A stretch of DNA of 64,000 nucleotides from an uncultured Methanomicrobiaceae archaeon (GTDB lineage: Archaea > Halobacteriota > Methanomicrobia > Methanomicrobiales > Methanoculleaceae): NCBI GenBank assembly GCA_963826525.1, contig CAWGXH010000004.1, forward strand, positions 1,664,001 to 1,728,000, in the 5' to 3' direction. The notes below the pieces were generated by a model. It made no database searches and was not told the origin of the DNA. It saw only the letters and a program-made list of their open reading frames with translations. This document shows, in pieces, positions 57,845 through 64,000 of this stretch (position 1 is its first letter; the number at the start of each line of letters is the position of its first letter). Both the position numbers and the translations under genes were made by a program.

Positions 57845-59883
57845 TCACCACTTGATGGTCTTCTGGTAGTGGTTTCGAAGGACTATCGCAACGAGGTAGA
57901 TGCTCATCACCAGTATCAGGAGTACAAGCGCCGTACCATACTGATTCCGGCCTGCCCCGGGGACGTTGGTTGCGAGGATAAATAGGTGGTAGGGGAGTGC
58001 CATCACCGGTTCGGAGAGGGAGGTCGGGAGGAAGCGCTTTGAGAAGACGACCGCTGTGAAGAGGATCGGCGCCGTCTCTCCCGCTGCCCGCCCTACACTG
58101 AGAATGGTCCCGGTCAGGATTCCCGGCACTGCCGGTGGAAGCACGACTCTCCAGATCGTCTGCCATTTGGTTGCTCCGAGGGCAAGACTGCCTTCGCGAA
58201 GGGAATCCGGGATGCTCTTGAGCGTCTCCTCCGTCGTCCGGATGATCGTCGGCAGGACCATCAGGCCGAGCGTGATCATACCGGCGAGAAGGGAGACGCC
58301 GAAGTTGAGGTAGAGTACCAGGAACGCAAATCCGAAGAGGCCGAAGACAATGGAAGGCGTACCGTTCAGAAGGTCGGCGCCGGAGCGGATGATCTCGGTC
58401 ATGCGCCCCTCCCTGGTATACTCATTAGGTAGATTGCGGCGCCGACGCCGATGGGGAGTGCGAACAGGATTGCTCCGGCGACGAGGTAGAGGGTGCCGAC
58501 GATGGCCGGGCCGATACCGCCCTCCCGTCCGAGGTTGCGGGGAGGTTCGGTCAGGAACTCCCAGCTCAGCGCCGGGAGGCCGTTGACGACGATATCGAAG
58601 AGAATGACGGCGAGGAAGACAAGAACCATGGCGATAGAGGTGTACACCAGTCCGAACGCCACTTTCTGCCCGACCTTTGGGGAGATTCTGTTCTTAATAA
58701 AGGCCAGAGCAAGCACGGTGGCGATGATGATGCCGGTGGTGACGGCGCCGACAGCAAGGAGCAGCAGGGCTGCGAGCACGATCCCGAGTCCCGCGAAGAA
58801 GTACGGCTTTACGGTCTCTGCAGTCTCGTGTGAGAGCCACTGCCGCCGCTTCCCGGTTGCTGTGTGTCGTTCCCTGACTTTCTTTAAGATGACTCGTGCG
58901 CCGAGGTTAACGATGAGTGCGATAGCGAGGAGCACGACGGCGACACCGAAGAGGGCGTGATAGTGCGTGCTCCCTATGGCGACCTCTCCCATCTCGATAC
59001 CCAGGGTTCCGGTGAGCGTCCTGACCGGCGAGAGAACATTCCAGACCGGATCGGGAATGATGGCAGCGTTTCCGGTCACCATGATGATCGCCATCGTCTC
59101 ACCGATCGCCCTGCCCACTCCGAGGATGATTGCGGCAGTAATTCCCGAGAGCGCTGCCGGGAGAACGACCCGCTGTATTGTCTGCCAGTGCGTTGCCCCC
59201 ATAGCAAGCGAGCCTTCTTTGAACCCGCGCGGGACGGCGGTGATGGCGTCTTCCGAGACGCTGACGATCGTGGGAAGAGCCATAATGCCGAGGAGAATGG
59301 AGCCTGCAAGCCAGCTCTCGCCGGAGGGAACGTCAAAAGAAAGCCGCAGCCAGTTGGTCAGGACGATCAGACCGAAGAAACCGTATACGACCGAGGGAAC
59401 CCCGGCGAGCAGTTCGACTGCGGGCTTGGCAACTGCTCTTATCCGGGGTGAGGCCAGTTCGGCGATGAAGATCGCGCTGCCGATCCCGAGTGGAATGGCG
59501 ATAGCCATGGCGCCGATCGTCACGAGCAGCGTCCCGACGATGAGCGGGTAGATCCCGTAGACGGGGAGAGCTCCGCTCGGGTTCCAGGTCTCCCCGGTAA
59601 GAAAGTCAACGACGCCAACCGTTTCGAAGATGGGGTAGGCATCGATGACGAGGAAGAAGAGTATGGTAAATATGGCAAGAACCGCAAATATTGCTGTAAT
59701 AAACCAGAACTTCCTGATGCCGTTTTCCCGATACCTCCGTAGGGTGTTGCCGGGAAAAAATATATCCGGCAGCGAGGATGCCTTCTCTGCTATCGATGGT
59801 GGTTCAGGGGGGTAGCCTCCGGTGCGTGCCTCTCCGCCCCCGCTCGGCGCTGCGGCCTGATCCTTCGGCAGGGGATCGATCAT
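57845..59883 (-). CDS. Fused PstC-PstA phosphate permease (frameshift near 58425)
   Basis: PstC core ([17 protein letters not shown]) runs in frame into the PstA N-terminus ([10 protein letters not shown]...[10 protein letters not shown]); the PstA core ([18 protein letters not shown]) follows in ORF 57845..58402. Confidence 0.85.
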
Positions 59884-60039
59884 CGTCTCTCCGGTGCTTG
59901 CTCACGGCACGCGTCTTCCCTGATCCGGAATCCGGCCGTTCGGGTGGACGACAAGGGTCTTCTGAATCGGTCGCGGATCAGTTCTGCGGCAGAGTGCATG
60001 GAAGGTTTTTCACCTCTCAATGCTAGGATAAGGCCGGGT

Positions 60040-60135
60040 AAATTAATTCCCGAAAGGAAATATATGCGTATATGTAAGTCCCATATCCGCTATTGCCATA
60101 TATATCTATACGGAATGTATATATTCTCCTACTCC
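60040..60135. promoter_or_regulatory. AT-rich divergent promoter region of the pst locus with repeated TATATG/CCATAT
   Basis: TATATG at 60061 and 60069; CCATAT at 60081 and 60096; lies between divergent pstCA and the AbrB-PhoU gene. Confidence 0.5.
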
Positions 60136-60145
60136 TCACGGTACT

Positions 60146-61207
60146 GTGCCCATGGAGATCAGGAAAGTGCAGATAACCGGAGGGTCGTCGTACATCGTCT
60201 CTCTGCCGAAAGAGTGGATAAAAGCTACAAAAATTCAGAAGAACGATCCCGTTGGTCTGATCGTCCAGCCTGACGGCTCTCTGCTTGTCACCCCCAAGAT
60301 CAGCGGTGAAGCGGTGCAGCGCGTGAAAGAGTTTGAGGTGAGCGGGAGCACCGACAGGACGTACCTGCTCCGCTATCTCGTCGGGGCCTATATCGCCGGG
60401 TATACAACGATCAAGATCAGATCGAAAGGGCGTCTTCCATCGTTCGTCCGGAAGCTCGTCCGGGACTTTACGCAGATGGCGGTCGGCCAGGAGGTGGTCA
60501 ATGAGACCGACGATTCGATAACGCTCAAAGATCTCCTCAACCCCGTGGAGATGCCGTTCAGCAACACCCTCCGGCGGATGTCGGTCATCGTAAAGGCCAT
60601 GCAGGAAGACGCGATCACGGCACTCACAACCCGGGATGCGGCTCTGGCAGAGGACGTGGTTGCCCGAGATACCGAGGTCGACAGGCTGCACTGGCTGATA
60701 GCGCGCCAGAACCATCTCATCCTCCTCGATATGACACTGTCGCGGAAGATGAACGTCCCTATCGGCACGGCGATGTATTACTTCCTGATCAGCAGGATCA
60801 TCGAACGGATGGGAGATCATGCGACCCGGGTTGCCAGGAATGCCCTCGTCCTGAAAGATCGGGAGATTGACGGCGAAACCCTCTCCCTGATCGGGGCTGC
60901 AAGCGCACTTGCGCTCGAGATCTTCCAGAAGAGCATGGAGGCATTCTACTGCAGCGACATCGTCAAAGCAAACGAGATCCTGAAGATGGTTCCCGATCTC
61001 GAGGAGCAGACCCGGCAGATCAGCGGACGGTCGCTCCAGTACGACGCGGCCATGGCGATTCCGCTCGGTTCGGTCTCGGATAGTGTTAGAAGGATCGGAG
61101 AATACTCCGGCGATATCTGTGAAAATATCATCAATCACCTGATCGGAAACGGAACTCTGATCTTCCGCATCGTCCCTCTCTCTTTTTACTCCGCCAGATC
61201 AACTTGA
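60146..61207 (+). CDS. AbrB/MazE DNA-binding domain fused to PhoU repeats (archaeal phosphate uptake regulator)
   Basis: RKVQITGGSSYIVSLPKEW, DTEVDRLH, IERMGDHA and RRIGEY; the extreme C-terminus may be shifted. Confidence 0.88.
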   Translation: MPMEIRKVQITGGSSYIVSLPKEWIKATKIQKNDPVGLIVQPDGSLLVTPKISGEAVQRVKEFEVSGSTDRTYLLRYLVGAYIAGYTTIKIRSKGRLPSFVRKLVRDFTQMAVGQEVVNETDDSITLKDLLNPVEMPFSNTLRRMSVIVKAMQEDAITALTTRDAALAEDVVARDTEVDRLHWLIARQNHLILLDMTLSRKMNVPIGTAMYYFLISRIIERMGDHATRVARNALVLKDREIDGETLSLIGAASALALEIFQKSMEAFYCSDIVKANEILKMVPDLEEQTRQISGRSLQYDAAMAIPLGSVSDSVRRIGEYSGDICENIINHLIGNGTLIFRIVPLSFYSARST

Positions 61208-61247
61208 TATCGGATATTTGCGGCATCCGTTTCTCCGGCTGCCGGTG

Positions 61248-62509
61248 ATGCAGCGCATGGGCTCACTCGTCCCTCTCGTTATCCTCTCTGGTGTATTCCT
61301 CCTGATCGCCGTCCGGAAGGTGGGCGGCATTCACATCCGGATCTGGCAGATTATGGTCGGTGGAGCTCTTGCTGTACTCATCTCCGGTCAGATCTCCCCG
61401 GGGGATGCGCTGGCTGCGATCAACATCGACATCATGCTCTTTCTCTTCGGCATGTTCGTCATCGGGGAAGCACTCTCGCGGAGTGGTTACCTCTTCCACC
61501 TCGCTCACAGCATCTTCCGGCGGGCACGAGACCCCCCGGCGCCTTGTATTCCTGGTGATCGTTGCTTCGGGTATCTCTCTCCGCGCTGCTGATGAACGAC
61601 ACCCTGGCGATCATTGCAACGCCGCTCATGCTCTACTACAGCGCCCGGTTCGGCATCTCCGAAAAGGTACTGCTGCTTGCACTGGCGTTCGGGATCACGA
61701 CGGGGAGCGTTGCAAGTCCGATCGGGAACCCGCAGAATCTCCTGATTGCGCTTGGCGGCGGAGTTGCAAACCCGTTCGTCACCTTCTTCGTCTTCCTTGC
61801 TGTCCCGACCGCGCTCTGCCTGCTGCTGGCATATCTTCTTCTCATCATCCGCTTCAGGGGCGAGATTCGGGATATGCCGCTCGTCTTCGTTCGTGAAGAG
61901 ATCTCGGATGCGCGTCTTGCCTTAATCTCGCGTATCTCGCTCATCCTGCTTGGTGTAATGATCGGCGTCAAGATAATCACCGTGCTGCTCGGCATCGGGC
62001 CTAACCTTCCGCTGACATACATCGCGCTCATAGCTGCGCTTCCCGTGCTCGTCGGGAGCGAGAAAAGGGCCGAGGTGGTGAAGTCGATCGACTGGGCAAC
62101 GCTGGTATTCTTCGCCGCCCTCTTCATCCTGATGGGGAGTGTCTGGCAGTCGGGAATCTTTGAGCCCCTTATCACGGAGACCGCGGCCGATATCACCGCT
62201 GTTCCGATTATCCTTGCAACCGGCGTGCTCGTCTCCCAGCTCGTCTCGAACGTTCCGTTTGTCGCTCTCTACCTCCCCATTCTCGTCCAATCCGGTTCTT
62301 CCGCCACGCAGATGATGGCGCTTGCAGCCGGGAGCACGATTGCGGGCAACATGCTGATCCTGGGAGCGGCAAGCAACGTTATCATCATTCAGAACGCGGA
62401 AAAACAAGGTGCAACGTTGACATTCCGGGAGTTCGCGGAAGTCGGTCTGCCGCTGACGGTGTTGCAGGCGGCGGTATACTGGGTCTTCCTCGCGGCTATT
62501 CCCTGGTAG
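61248..62509 (+). CDS. ArsB/NhaD/SLC13-type anion permease (frameshift near 61535-61575)
   Basis: FLFGMFVIG, LMNDT, SPIGNPQN, SNVP and GAASNVII motifs. Confidence 0.85.
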
Positions 62510-63416
62510 CGGGGAATGGCGAATGGGATTCCATTCCGCCTGTGGCCGCCCCGGGGTCGAGGAATATCGAACCGAACCGGATAGACACTGCCCTGGTCAG
62601 ATCGGCGGCAGGAGAGACGAAACGCACTCTCCTCCTCCCCGTATCGATGGTTTTCAGGATGCCCAGGGTGAGAACGAAGTTCTCTGCATCGCATACTGCG
62701 ATCAGGCGGTGGCGCACCTGGCGTGCATCGGAGAGGTCGGGGATCCTTCCCTGCAGACCGAGTCCGGCATACGCAATCTCGCGCGGCTCTGATCGCCAGA
62801 AATACTCTTTGAACTTCTGTTCGCGGAATTTCCGCCGTTCCGTAGCCGACCGCCTCACGACGGCAGGTGAGATCGCGAGGCGATGGATTGTCATCCCCGG
62901 ATGATGGCTGAAGGTTGCGAGGAGCCGGTCGAGCTCCCACCCGTTTCCGAGGGCGACAATGCCGGACGGCTGCAGAAGGTCGATTATCTGGAACTGGAAC
63001 TCAAACGCCGCATCACCGTGGATATATCCCGGTGAGTCGATGATGACGGTGGATGCATCCGCAGCAATCGCCGCCTCGAGCAGGCGTTTCGATCCGGTCA
63101 GTGTCTGCAGCAGGTGACCGCGCGGCGACGTGGAACCGACGAAGCGAAGCCTGGTGACGTCCTGCTCCTCGCTACGGGGATCGTGAATCCGGAGTCCGAC
63201 GGTCGTCGGAGGCCCTATTACCGACTGCCCCGTATCGCAGTCGAGATATCCGGTGATACGGTCTGCCTTCGCCTCGTCGACGAGGTGGCGGCAGAGCGTG
63301 CTCTTTCCGCTATCGGTTCCCCCCATGACGTAGACCGACTTCGGCTCTCTCCCCGCTTTGAGCGTACGGGCGATTGTATCCCAGGTCTCCTCTCGCCGAA
63401 TCTGACATTCGTTCAT
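62496..63416 (-). CDS. Clp1/Grc3-family polynucleotide 5'-OH kinase
   Basis: GGTDSGKST, DCDTGQSVIGPPTT, FVGSTSP, IDSPG and RRKFRE lid; start inferred at MNECQ. Confidence 0.82.
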   Translation of the reverse strand: MNECQIRREETWDTIARTLKAGREPKSVYVMGGTDSGKSTLCRHLVDEAKADRITGYLDCDTGQSVIGPPTTVGLRIHDPRSEEQDVTRLRFVGSTSPRGHLLQTLTGSKRLLEAAIAADASTVIIDSPGYIHGDAAFEFQFQIIDLLQPSGIVALGNGWELDRLLATFSHHPGMTIHRLAISPAVVRRSATERRKFREQKFKEYFWRSEPREIAYAGLGLQGRIPDLSDARQVRHRLIAVCDAENFVLTLGILKTIDTGRRRVRFVSPAADLTRAVSIRFGSIFLDPGAATGGMESHSPFPATRE

Positions 63417-63628
63417 CTGTTCTTCCCATTCCCCTCCGGTGCGTGGTGCTCCGGCAGACTCCTTCCCCGGAAGCTCCGAGATGCCTGAAAGATACCTCTT
63501 GTGGAACAGTATTAATATCTGCTCTTCCCGAACCCGCCTCTCCGTATTCGTCCTCCTGCATCCGCGGCATACCCGATCCGATCCCGGGGCAGAGACTTTA
63601 TAGGATGGCCGTTCCACTGCACGGGCAT

Positions 63629-64000
63629 ATGTCTATACAATCCGGCACTACCGAACCGATCTTCGCGGTTGAAGGACGGCAGTTCCCGCCGCTGACGGCA
63701 ACGACACTTGATGGAAAGACTGTGTCGTTTCCGGACGACCTTCGGGGGAACCTCTCGCTCATCGTCATTGCCTTTCCCCGGTGGGTGCAGCCGGTGCAGG
63801 AGACCTGGACCGGGCCGTTTGAGCATGCTTTCTCCGGAAATCCGCGTGTGAAGACCTATCTGATCACGGTTGTCGCCGGGAGGCTGGGAGAACCGCTCGT
63901 CTCACGGGTCGATGAGGCTCTGCGGGGTGCCCTGCCCCCGGAAAAGCACGATCGAGTCCTCACCTACGCCGGGAACCTTGACGAATATTCCCGGGAGCTC
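63629..64000 (+). CDS. Thioredoxin-like fold protein lacking CxxC (ATP10/redoxin-like), truncated by the window edge
   Basis: My translation: MSIQSG...FPPLTATTLDGKTVSFPDDLRGNLSLIVIAFPRWVQPVQETW...; open to 64000. Confidence 0.7.
   Translation, partial: MSIQSGTTEPIFAVEGRQFPPLTATTLDGKTVSFPDDLRGNLSLIVIAFPRWVQPVQETWTGPFEHAFSGNPRVKTYLITVVAGRLGEPLVSRVDEALRGALPPEKHDRVLTYAGNLDEYSREL

Overview
Chromosomal segment of a hydrogenotrophic methanogen, most likely Methanomicrobiales (inferred from F420-type FdhAB, methanofuran genes, TBP/TFS, archaeosortase, Hef and bacterial-type gyrase). Left to right: a rad50-nurA-herA DNA end-resection operon; an fdhC formate channel with an OB-fold partner; a ClC-CBS transporter; three tandem fdhAB pairs, two with almost identical fdhA but clearly different fdhB; then housekeeping genes (mfnF/mfnD-like, surE, rpiA, tbp, acs, tfs, artA, truD, pth2, geranylgeranyl reductase, cbiM-PDGLE-cbiO-cbiQ, gyrBA, hef, glyS). 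An accessory stretch at about 48.5-54.8 kb holds an unannotated ~180-nt multi-hairpin RNA candidate, a sulfurtransferase, a decayed wrbA and a SLOG-SLATT-like fusion. The window ends with a phosphate locus (fused pstC-pstA, pstB, two phoU-type genes, no pstS), an anion permease and a Clp1-like kinase. Many genes, including essential ones, carry isolated small indels that look like uncorrected long-read errors. I saw no tRNA, rRNA, CRISPR array or intact IS element. All calls come from reading motifs by eye; no database searches were run.
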